Assembly: GCA_951406725.2 (NCBI GenBank)
Contig: OX597843.1
Coordinates: 14,384,001-14,448,000 of the forward strand
Length of the DNA stretch: 64,000 nucleotides
Reading direction: 5' to 3'
Source: Octopus vulgaris
Lineage: Eukaryota
The notes beneath the pieces were generated by a model that searched no databases, was not told the origin of the DNA, and saw only the letters and a program-made list of their open reading frames with translations. The translations under genes were made by a program, and so were the position numbers. Below, one piece after another: positions 53,093 to 64,000 of this stretch (positions are counted from its first letter, which is position 1; each line of letters starts with the position of its first letter).

Positions 53093-53398
53093 AAACGACA
53101 GTAGAGTTACAGGTGTCAATCAATTACGGCCTTTTCTAACGACTCCTTTAATTGATTAATGAAAACATTACATTCTTGTAAAGAAGCCGTTTTTGTCAGG
53201 TGAATTCAGGAACTTCAAAACGAAGGACACATTCAAAATGATTTAACATCGTTTAAAACCCAAAAACGCAAAAACATTTACAGAGATTCTGCTTCCACTT
53301 CAGTTGACAATAGATTAACCAGACCCTACGAGGTGCCTCAATTTAAGTACCCAATTCAACTGAATCATATATATATATATGTATATATATATATACTA

Positions 53399-53565
53399 GG
53401 CGCAGGAGTGGCTGCGTGGTAAGTAGCTTGCTAACCAACCGCATGGTTCCGGGTTCAGTCCCATTGCATGGCACCTTGGGCTTAAGTGTCTTCTACTATA
53501 GCCTCGGGCCGACTAAAGCCTTGTGAGTGGATTTGGTAGACGGAAACTGAAAGAAGCCTGTCGTA

Positions 53566-53603
<38 letters not shown>

Positions 53604-53822
53604 TGTGTATGTTTGTGTGTCTGTGTTTGTCCCCTAGCATTGCTTGACAATCGATGCTGGTGTGTTTATGTCCCCGTCACTTAGTGGTTCGGCAAAAGAG
53701 ACCAATAGAATAAGTACTGGGCTTACAAAAGAATAAGTCCCGGGGTTGAGTTGCTCGATTAAAGGCGGTGCTCCAGCATGGCCGCAGTCAAATGACTGAA
53801 ACAAGTAAAAGAGTAAAAGAGT
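53399..53822 (+). mobile_element. SINE family A, full length
   Basis: Family sequence; an inverted copy follows at 54291-54690. Confidence 0.92.
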
Positions 53823-54290
53823 ATATCCTTTTAAGCCCATTTACGGGAAATGTAGTATTTTATCATGCCAATTGGCAATACCTGTTTTTTGGGGGGTCAC
53901 ATGGAATGAACAAGATCTACCCATCGATACAAAGGACTGCATTGTAATTATCTCAGGTATATAGAGTATGATCTTAAGAAACATGATTAGTGGAAATGCA
54001 TACAGCCACCACATCACCTCAAGGACTAGACCTTACAGTGGAGAGTGTTGTACGAAGAACACTTTGTCAACCCCCAAGACTGGGACATATCATCTGCCTA
54101 TCATTTTACCCCACAAATAAGGGGTTATGTTCACATTTCAGAAGCTCAATAATGTTAGGGGACAGCAATACTAAACATAAATAGGGAGACACCTTCAAGT
54201 CCTGAACTCCTTTCTCTTGATCAATCTCCAATTCCTGTTAGAAACGAGAGATTTTGATGAAATGCAGTTGGTCTCTCTCTCTCTCTCTCT

Positions 54291-54690
54291 CTTTTACTTG
54301 TTTCAGTCATTTGACTGCGGTCATGCTGGAGCACCGCCTTTAATCGACCAACTCGACCCCGGGACTTATTCTTTTGTAAGCCCAGTACTTATTCTATTGG
54401 TCTCTTTTTGCCAAACCGCTAAGTAACGGGGGACATAAACACACCAGCATCGGTTGTCAAACAATGCTAGGGGGACAAACACAGACACACAAACACATAC
54501 ACATACATACATACATATATATATATATGACAGGCTTCTTTCAGTTTCCGTCTACCAAATCCACTCACAAGGCTTTGGTCCGCCCGAGGCTATAGTAGAA
54601 GACACTTGCCCAAGGTGCCACACAGTGGGACTGAACCCGGAACCATCTGGTCGGTAAACAAGCTACTTACCACACAGCCACTCCTGCGCC
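54291..54690 (-). mobile_element. SINE family A, full length
   Basis: Reverse complement of the family sequence. Confidence 0.92.
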
Positions 54691-55612
54691 TATATTCATG
54701 TCGAGTAATAAAAATCATGAAAAATTTAAACATAACATGAATATGGATGAAATTTGCTGATACAATAACATGATTGTTTGTGTTCATTGTGTATGTGGTT
54801 TCTACCAGTTGTGGCTGATTTTTACCTTTTGTCATGGTACTTTCACCTGACCAGGTAATTTAAGTTGATTACACGAGCATTTCCACATGTATTGACAAGA
54901 TATTGATTCCAGGGCATCGATTTCCTAATTAAATCATTAATTAATGAATAATAAATTGTTGATAAATAGCATCACTGACTTGCAAGCTCACCACTCAAGG
55001 TGCAATTAGGGCTGGAAATCAACAAAGAAATATCCAGAGAAATTTGATGAAAGGCAAAAAATACAAATAGTGCAGGAGTGGCTGTGTGGAAACAAGTTTG
55101 CTTCCCAATTACATGGTCCTGGGTTCAATCCCACTGCATCGTACTTGGTGCAAGCATATTGTACTATAGCCTTGGGAGGACCAAAGCCATGAGAGTGGAT
55201 TTGGTAGATGGAAACTGAAAGAAGCCTATCATATATATATATATGTATATGTGTGTGTGTGTCTTTGCTGTCTGCTTGGCAACTGGTGCTGGTTTGCTTA
55301 TGTCCCTGTGTCTTGGCTCAGCAAAAAGACAATAAGTGGCAGGCATTTAAAGTGAAAAAAAGAAATGAAAGAACTGGGGTCATTTCATTCAAGGCTGTGC
55401 CCCAGCATGGTCACAGTCCGACGACTGAAACAAGTAAACAATAGAGGATAATATGGCCTCTTGTTCAGTCCAAAAGCAGGGACCAGGAATCCCTAATCTG
55501 CATTGAGAAGGGCAGGCTTTGTGTTGGGACAATCAATTAGAATCCTTTCAAAGTGTCATAGACAGAATGTGTGTGTGTGTGTGTGAGAGAGAGGGAGAGA
55601 GGGATAGAGGGA

Positions 55613-55649
<37 letters not shown>

Positions 55650-55788
55650 CGCCAGTAACTCCTTGGCTCTACTAACATCCTAACAATGACATCAGACAAT
55701 GAGGAGTGTTATCAGTGGTTACAAAACTTCCTGGCTGTGAAATGGGACTTCCGTGTCACCAGCTCATCCCAAGGTTGCCTGTACTAAC

Positions 55789-55867
55789 CATAAATACAGA
55801 GTAAAAATATCTGGATTCGTCGTCGTCTCCAGACATAATCAATGACGATGCTTTGCAGACGGATTTG
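55789..55867 (-). other. Candidate 79-nt exon containing an ATG (MSGDDDESRYFYSVFM, phase 0)
   Basis: Acceptor tttcttttttttgttttgttttgattgttttgcttcag|; donor ATG|GTTAGT. Confidence 0.45.
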
Positions 55868-57664
55868 CTGAAGCAAAACAATCAAAACAAAACAAAAAAA
55901 AGAAACCCCAGAGAACAAAGACTTGCATTTGGCACTTTGTCCTTCCAGAGCTGCTACGGCTGTCGATTGACAAAAACAAATTTTAATTTTGGACTGGATG
56001 CAATACAACCCAGCCACCAAAACTATTATGGGGGCAGTAGAAGGTCCTGGGACCGCTGAAAAGGCTAATTCCATTCAACACTCATTGATCATCATCATCA
56101 TCATCATTTAATATCCGTTTTTCCTGCTGGCATCAGTTAGATAGTTCAAGAGGATCCAGTGAGCTGCATGGCTGCCTCGTGTGGCCCTGTGTCAGATTTG
56201 CCATGGTTTCTACAGCTGGATCATCATCATCATCATCATCATCATTGTTTAACGTCCGCTTGCCATGCTGGCATGGGTTGGACGATTTTGACTGAGGGCT
56301 GGCGAACCAGATGGCTGCACCAGGCTCCGATCTTGATCTGGCAGAGTTTCTACACCTGGGTGCCCTTCCTAACGCCAACCACTCCGAGAGTGTAGCGGGT
56401 GCTTTTTACGTGCCACCAGCATGGGGGCCAGTCAGGCGGTACTGGCAACGACGTCACTCGAATCTTTTTACACGTGCCAGAGAAGCGACGTTGGTAACGA
56501 TCACACTCGAATGGTGCCCTTTTACGTGCCACGGGTATGGAAGCCAGTTGGCTGCTCTTTGTCAACAACCTTACTATTTTCTTTTCATGGCACCAGCACC
56601 AATGGGGTTGCCAAGTAACTTGCAAAACAGAAAAGGGACAAGAAAAGGGTAAAAGGGAAGGAGGAAAATCCCTCTTGAATAAGGAGGGGGTGACATTTGA
56701 GAGTGGAAAATTGCACAATGTACCCTCATTTTCTAAAATTGGAAAACACATGGAATAATGTAGTCCTAGGTGAACTGTGTCCTTGGGAAAGGATATAAAA
56801 ATGACTGTTACAGGTCTCTTGAATGTAGACAGAGTTAAACAACAAGACCAACAGGTAAAGCAGACTATTACAGACACACCTGGATAAAGAACATTCAACA
56901 TAAAAAGGGGAGGAGGTGGTGGCCAGGTATGGCAAGTGGCATGACATCTGTGACCTACCCCCATCCTACCCGACAGTCGAAGTGAGAAGTAGGTGAAGGT
57001 CATACCAGAAATATTGTTCCAATATCATTATTGATATTATTATTATTATTAAATCAGGTTTGATAAGTCAGGCTCCACCTTGCCAATATTTCTGGTTTGT
57101 TAGCATTTTAGACTAATTAATTAATTGTGTGTGAGCGTATGTGCATGCGTGTATGAGAGCCTGCATGTGAGTGCGTGTGTGTGTGTGTGAGAGAGAAATG
57201 GGGAGGGAGAGAAGGAGGAGGAGGAGAGACAGTGACTGAGAAAGGCAGGCAGGCAGACAGGCAGAGGGCGTACCTGTGTAAATGTGATGTATATATTTGT
57301 GAACACCTGTGCTGGTGAGAGAGAGACAGAGCAGTGTGAATGCAATGTACATCTTTGCAAACACCAGTCTGTCTATGTGCATGTATGTATATATATATAT
57401 ATATATATATCTATTCCTTTTGTTATTTTATGTCTTAGTCATATATATATATATATATATATATAAACAGGTTTGCCAGTTAGAATGTACGTAATCTATA
57501 TATGTGTGTGACTGTATACACATTTATAGATTTATGCATTTACATGTGTCTGTGTGTATTACATATACACACACATACACAACCATTTCAAATCCACCTT
57601 CCCAAGGGTGTGTGCATATATTTTACTTGTTTCATGACTGCAGCCATGCTGGAGCACTGCCATA

Positions 57665-58033
57665 TCTCTCTATATATAAACGACAAAATGTCTGTCTGTG
57701 TGTGTCCTTTATACAAATCCACAATTTTTCAGTTCGAAGGCTCGCACTTTCTGTGGTCATTCAGAACCGTCCAAGGGTGGTCGTGCACATATTTAGATCT
57801 TTACCCAGTCACCACGCAAAGCCATTAAAAAAATCAATAGAAGTGACTTTTTTGTGAATTTTCTATCCAAAACCCAATCAAAATGCCCGAAATTTGATAT
57901 GCCAATTGAATGGCAGCCAGCTGTATGTGATTGGTCTGCGATTTGGACAGTACTCGGGTGTATGTGTGCATGCACGCAGCTGTATATGCATGCACTAGCA
58001 CTGTGACCCGGCGTTGCCAGGTCATAGTGCTAG
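57665..58033 (+). mobile_element. Non-autonomous Helitron-like element
   Basis: A|TCTCTCTATATATAAA ... ctagcactgtgacccggcgttgccaggtcatagtgCTAG|T. Confidence 0.82.
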
Positions 58034-58469
58034 TATATATATATTTGTGCAGCGATTTCATTGCTGTCAGGCACCTGTTTCAAAGACAGGTGACGCTGAT
58101 GAACTTAGCCTTTGATTTACAAGTCACTTTTGGATGACCTGCCTGAAGTGATGTTATCTCAACTGACAGCACATAAGGAGCGGAAACAATCAAAATGTAT
58201 TCCAATGTTGCCAAAAAATGGATGCTGGAATGATTTTGACAACGTTCCCAAATAGGCTTGCTGTCAAGAAATATGATTATTTGCATATAAAATATGTATA
58301 AACAGTGTTATTCCATATAGAATAAACCCCAAAATTTATGCAATATGTTATTCCATATTTTTATACCAGAAGAATTATCTAATTTGATGCCATTCCACTT
58401 GGAAACAAACTTTTGTAGGTGATCTTTGTAGGAGTAGTGGATGTGTGTGTGCGTATATATTCATTTATG

Positions 58470-58685
58470 AGGTGGTGAGCTGGCAGAAACGTTAGCACGC
58501 CGGACAAAATGCTTAGTGGTATTTCATCTGTCGTTACGTTCTGAGTTCAAATTCTGCCGAGGTCGACTTTACCTTTCATCCTCTCGGGGTCGATAAATAA
58601 AGTACCAGTTTTGCACTGGGTCGATGTAATCGACTTAATCCCTTTGTCTGTCCTTGTTTGTCCCCTTGTGGGTAGTAAAGAAATA
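58470..58685 (+). mobile_element. SINE family C
   Basis: ggtggtgagctggcagaa...cctttcatcctctcggggtcgataaa. Confidence 0.88.
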
Positions 58686-58823
58686 TATATTTATTTTATT
58701 GGCCTGCTCGCTTAGCCAGCGGGGTGGCATCATTTGAAGGCTAAAACAATGCAAAGTGCATTGTGACCAGCGATGTGTAGCAACATCTGATAGCCTGGTC
58801 GGTCACAGTGATATATATTTATT

Positions 58824-58895
<72 letters not shown>

Positions 58896-59452
58896 GAAAG
58901 TAGAAGAGAAAGAAAGTGGGTAGAGTATTTTAACTGATGAAGAAAAATCAAGCCATGCCAATAACTGACTGACATCTCCAACCACTGGACATGTTAAATA
59001 CACACCCAGGTGTTTCTACATATTCACTTGATCACTGGCCCTAAAACTGGGGTTCCTAAGACCCTTACAGGTGCATAGAAGAGTTTGTTAACTGCAATCA
59101 AATACTTATGCTTCCTACAATACACAAAATATCTTAATTTCTTTTTATACAATTCCTAATAGAAATATAGTAACTCTTTACTCTCTTTTACTTGTTTCAG
59201 TCATTTGACTGTGGCCATGCTGGAGCACCACCTTTAAGATTTATTTTTATATACATTAAATGGCTATAGAGGTCCAGTAGAGTAAAATAGCAATAACAGG
59301 GGTCCTCAAGCAAAAAACAGTGAAGGGCCGCTGCTCTAGATAAGCTGTACCCAGCTGGAGCAACATTTGACATAGCAAACCACCTCATACGTCTCTCATC
59401 ATCTTATCTAGCTATTTCATAATTAACAAATAGCATTTCTAATGTGTATATG

Positions 59453-59800
59453 TCATCATCATTGTTTGACCGTGGTCGAGACAATGGAATTTACCATTCT
59501 GCGCCAGACTTCACGGTCCATCATGGCATTACGGAGGTCCTGTTGCTGGATGCCTGTATCCCTGGAGATTACATCAGGGTAGGAGAGTGTGCGCCCTCTG
59601 GTATCGCTAGTAGATGGCTTCCAGAGGAGAAGAGCAGAAATTACCTCTTTTTCAGCTCTACAACAATGTCCAGCAAACTGGACTCTCCTACCTTTCACAA
59701 GAGATGACACAGGTGGTAGTTTCCCATATATTTGCATTTTGGTTGGATGACGCTTCCACGAGAGGTTTTGAGCTCTCATAAGGACGCGAGTGTAAACATT
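59453..59800 (-). mobile_element. RTE-type LINE 3' end (second family)
   Basis: YTRVLMRAQNLSWKRHPTKMQIYG...RRVQFAGHCCR...AMMDREVWRR; (TGA)n tail. Confidence 0.85.
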
Positions 59801-61064
59801 GGCTTGTAAACAAATGCACTCAGCTCCCTCTGCAGGGTGGTTGGTGTTAGGAAGGGCATTCAGCCATAAAAACCATGCCAAAACAGACAAGTCTGGTGCA
59901 GGTCCCTGCCTGGTCAGCTCCTGTCAAACTGTTCAATCCATTCCAGCATGGAAGGAAGACATTAAATGATGATGATTATATATATGCCATCATCATTTGG
60001 CATCTGTTTTCCTGGCATAGGTTACAGGGTTTGACTGGAGCTGGTAGGCAGAATTGCACCAGGTTCCAGTCAGATTTTGGTTTGGTTTCTGCAGCTGGAT
60101 GCCCTCCCTAATGCCAACCACTCAAAGGGTGTAGTGGGTGCCTTTTGTGTGTCACCATCACGGGTACCTTTTATGTGTCACTGGCACAAGTATTTTTACA
60201 TTTGTCACTGGTCAAAACTATGGTTTCACTTGGCTTGACCGGTCTTCTCAAGCTCAGCAAATCCATAAAGGCCTCGATGACTTGTCATTGCCTCCATGAG
60301 ATCCAATACTCAAAGAGATCCAATGAAAAAGAAAGGGATTAAAAAATCCAGGCAGATATCAATAAAGCACTGTGTTATACGAATTTGGTTAACGACATCG
60401 AACAACCAGGTACCAATAAATGCAAGTAGAATATACACACAAGGTAATTTCTCAGGTATGACAAATGGATCCAAATATCATTTAGAAGAATTCTGAGAAA
60501 TTCAGGGTAACAGACAACAAAGGTACAGATAGAGAAAATCACAGAACACCCCATACCAAGCCAAAAGGTGGGTGGTGGTTCCCTACATTGGTGCTTTTAC
60601 TATTTAACACTTTGGCATTTAAACTGGCCATTTACGGCCAAAATATTCTCCCTGCTTTAGGTTCAAACTGGTCAGATGTGACCTCTCACACCAGCCCAAC
60701 ACTGGCACTCTAAAAATTAACAGCTACCTCAACAAAATCTCAAAAGTCACAAAATAGTGCAGGATTAATTGAAAACAATGTGAATAAATAAGCGTTCCAT
60801 TTGACAGAATAATCTAACTGCTAAAGGATTGAATACCCCGATTCTTTTGGATCCTGAAAAATTTTATTATATATCGGGGGTCCCAGATGAACCTACCTCA
60901 AGACAGGAGACACAGATGCGGGCAGCGGCATTGAACTCCCTTGTTGACCAAGTGCCACGTATCAGAGGTGGATTCACATATTAGTGTAGCTCATTCAGCG
61001 GTGTTGCCCCAGCATGGCCGTGGCCTTCGGGCTAAAACATTTAAAAGGATTTAAGGATTTTTAA

Positions 61065-61110
<46 letters not shown>

Positions 61111-61739
61111 ACCGACCAGACCATCAGATGTTGTTACACATCGCTGGTCACAATGCATTTGCATTGTTTTAGCCTTCGAATGACGCCACCCCACTGGCTA
61201 GGCGAGCAGGCCAACAGACGAAAGAGTGAAAGAAAGAGTGGTGAAAGAGTACAGCAGGGATCACCACCATCCCTGCCGGAGCCTCGTGGAGCTTTTAGGT
61301 GTTTTCGCTCAATAAACACTCACAACACCCGGTCTGGGAATCGAAACCGCGATCCTACGACCGCCCTAACCACTTGGTTGTATGGTAAGAAGCTTGTTTC
61401 CCAACTACATGGTTCTGGGTTCAGTCCCACTGTGTGGCACCTTGGGCAAGTGTCTTGTACTATAGACTCAGGCCGACCAAAGCCTTGTGAGTGGATTAGG
61501 TAGACGGAAACTGAAAGAAGCTTGTATGTATTTGTGTGTCTGTGTTTGTCTCCCACCATCACTTGACAAAACTGATGTTGGTGTGTTTACATCCCTGTAA
61601 CTTAGTGGTTCAGCAAAAGAGAACGAGAGAATAAGTACTAGGCTTGCAATGAATAAGTCCTGCGGCTGATTTGTTTGACTAAAAGGCAATGCTCCAGCAT
61701 GGCTGCAGTCAAATGATTGAAACAAGTAAAAAAGAAAGA

Positions 61740-61770
<31 letters not shown>

Positions 61771-61865
61771 AAGTTAATCCAAACATGAAAACACAAAGAG
61801 AAAACGCAACAACGCGAGGACGTGGAACAAGTATTGTGTTATTGGACACTCAGGAAAGAAGGAGG

Positions 61866-61900
61866 GTTTAACATTTCAAGCGGAGCTCTTCATCAGAAAT
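61866..61900 (-). ncRNA. Minimal HHR motif (H2), intact CUGAUGA core
   Basis: AUUU CUGAUGA A GAGC UCC GCUU GAAA UG UU AAAC. Confidence 0.7.
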
Positions 61901-61995
61901 ATAGGAAAAGAAAAGATCCAAAGAAGGGAAGATGGAGGAAAAAAATATCGCCAACGGTACACACGCGGTCACATTTTGAAAATATATATATATAT

Positions 61996-62081
<86 letters not shown>

Positions 62082-62300
62082 CACACATACACACAAAAAT
62101 GAATGGTGCAAGGAAGAGGGGTCAACTATTTTAAAGGCTTTTAGTGTTTAGGTTTGTCAACAAAACACTTACCTGATCTGTAAGTATCATGGTTCAAAGA
62201 GAGAGACAGGAGATCTAGTTTGGAAGAGATAAAAATATAAGCTGTTAGGAAATTACATATATCATTATCCTTTATATAAATACATATACACACATATATA

Positions 62301-62682
62301 TCTCTCTATATATAAACGGCAGTTTGTCTGTGTGTGTTTCTGTGTGTCTGTTAGGTTGTACCCTCACCCTGAACACGGCTTTCAACCGATTCTGATGAAT
62401 CTTGACACACACATAGCCCAATGTCATAATTCAAAACTAACGCAGCGAAAATTTTGAAAAGTTCCCCCAGTTCTGAAAAAATCAATAAATTCGACATGGG
62501 GTCGAGAATCAGAAACACAAACCACAGACTGTCTAGGGGACGCAACTCGACCTTTTAACTCTCAAAAAAAATTTACCATAACTTTTTTTCCATTTTTTTG
62601 CTATTTTTTGGCTATAACTCTCTAAAAATGCTTTATAGTTATTTCCCTTACAAACCCGAGCAACGCCGGGTGATACTGCTAG
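62301..62682 (+). mobile_element. Non-autonomous Helitron-like element
   Basis: A|TCTCTCTATATATAAA ... acccgagcaacgccgggt hairpin, CTAG|T; last ~55 bp shared with the 46195 copy. Confidence 0.82.
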
Positions 62683-63764
62683 TATACACTAAAGAAGAAA
62701 AAAAAGTATTAGGCTCAATCTGTTTGGCTGAACCCTTCAAGATGGTGACCCAGCATGGCCGCAGTCCAATGAGGAAACAAACAAAAGGTAAAAAGTGAAT
62801 GCTAACCATAGGAAAGACTACTCTAGGATAAATATAGGGAATGGCCATAGGAGTGGCTGTACGGTAGGAAGCTTGCTTCCTAACCACATGGTCCTGGGTT
62901 CAGTCCCACTGCATGGCACCTTGCGACAACCAAAGCCTTGTGAGCGGATTTGGTAGAAGGAAAGAAGCCTGTCATGGATGTGTGTCTGTGTATGTGTCTG
63001 TGTGTTCCCCCATTACCACTTGACAACTAGTGTTGGTGTGTTTACATCCCCCATAACTTGGCGGTTCAGCAAAAGAAACCAATAAAGTACCAGGCTTAAA
63101 AAATAAGTACTGGTGTTGATTCATTCGACTAAAAATTCAAGGTAGTGCCCCAGCATGGTCGCAGACCAATGACTGAAACAAGTAAAAGATAAAAGATGAG
63201 GAATATTGGTGGGGGCATTCTCATCGAGACTTTTAGCAAGTGTAATCAATAACAGACCCGACATAGTTATTGAGGACAAGAGAGAAAGAGAGGTCAGCTG
63301 CACTGTGTAGATGTTAACATCACATCTGAAATCAGTGAGGAGAAGGTTTATGGGCAACTGCTTGCAAGTCTGCAGTCTATTTACCTTCATTATAAATTCA
63401 TCTACACATACACACACACATATATATACAGTATATATGCATATAAACACAAATACACATATACACACATAAAAAACACTAACATACACATAGGCATACA
63501 CATACACATTGATATACACACGAAATTACATGGTTGCAAAATGAACTTCTTAACAACATGACTGTACTTGACACACACACACACACACACACACACGTGT
63601 GTGTGTGTATAATTCTGCAATACATAACACATCTCTATAATAACATACCATAATGAAGACATCATATTTAACAGATGTCTGTTGTTTAAGCATCAGAAAC
63701 TGCAATTTACATCTGGGAAAAATCCCTTAAAAGACACAAATAAATAAATGTGCCCTTTTAAAGC

Positions 63765-63995
63765 CTAGCCAGGCTCATGGGCCCGGTTTCCCGGTTTCTA
63801 TGGTGTATGTGTTCCCCAGCTGGACGGGACGCCAGTCCATCGCAGCGTTACTCATTCTTGCCAGCTGAGTGGACAGGAGCAACGTGAAATGAAGAGTTTT
63901 GCTCAAGAACACAACGCGTCGCCCGGTCCAGGAATCGAAACCACAATCTTACGATTATGGTGCTGACACCCTAACCACGGAGCCACACGCCTCCA
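63765..63995 (-). mobile_element. tRNA-derived SINE with V-like domain
   Basis: Minus strand tggctccgtggttagg, gtttcgattcc, gatggactggcgtcccgtccag. Confidence 0.8.
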
Positions 63996-64000
63996 CTCTT

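Noticed and set aside
53090-53370. Further HHR in a TA-flanked insert (cctacga ggtgc...gtacc caat)
   Set aside because: Both core halves are too degenerate to call.
62392-62440. CTGATGA as another hammerhead
   Set aside because: No correctly placed GAAA, stem I or NUH; part of a Helitron-like interior. The same applies to CTGATGA at ~24477, ~28788 and ~58934.

Overview
Eukaryotic (animal) DNA, AT-rich and extremely repeat-rich. The tRNA-derived SINE families and microsatellite load look like an Octopus (cephalopod) genome; that assignment is recalled pattern recognition, not a database result. There is no intact protein-coding ORF. Most ORFs in the track are microsatellite or SINE read-throughs, and the only recognisable proteins are 3' fragments of non-LTR retrotransposons (CR1, two RTE-type, R4/Dong-type, probably L1/Tx1). 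Also present: at least five SINE families, a GG-terminated MITE with 8-bp TSDs, piggyBac-type and Tigger-type MITEs, non-autonomous Helitrons and a 25 x 56-bp SINE-derived minisatellite. Three candidate minus-strand exons suggest the window is mostly intron of a large host gene. The main signal not shown by the ORF track is about ten type I hammerhead ribozyme (HHR) motifs from about six unrelated families. They have very short, often palindromic stem III and sit in fold-back elements, mostly inserted in (TA)n tracts, which is the signature of Penelope-like/retrozyme elements. The best example (37699-37741, minus) has a perfect core and lies in a circularly permuted ~360-nt monomer. A pair of inverted MITEs at 48.3-49.5 kb has swapped TSDs, suggesting a ~0.5-kb inversion.
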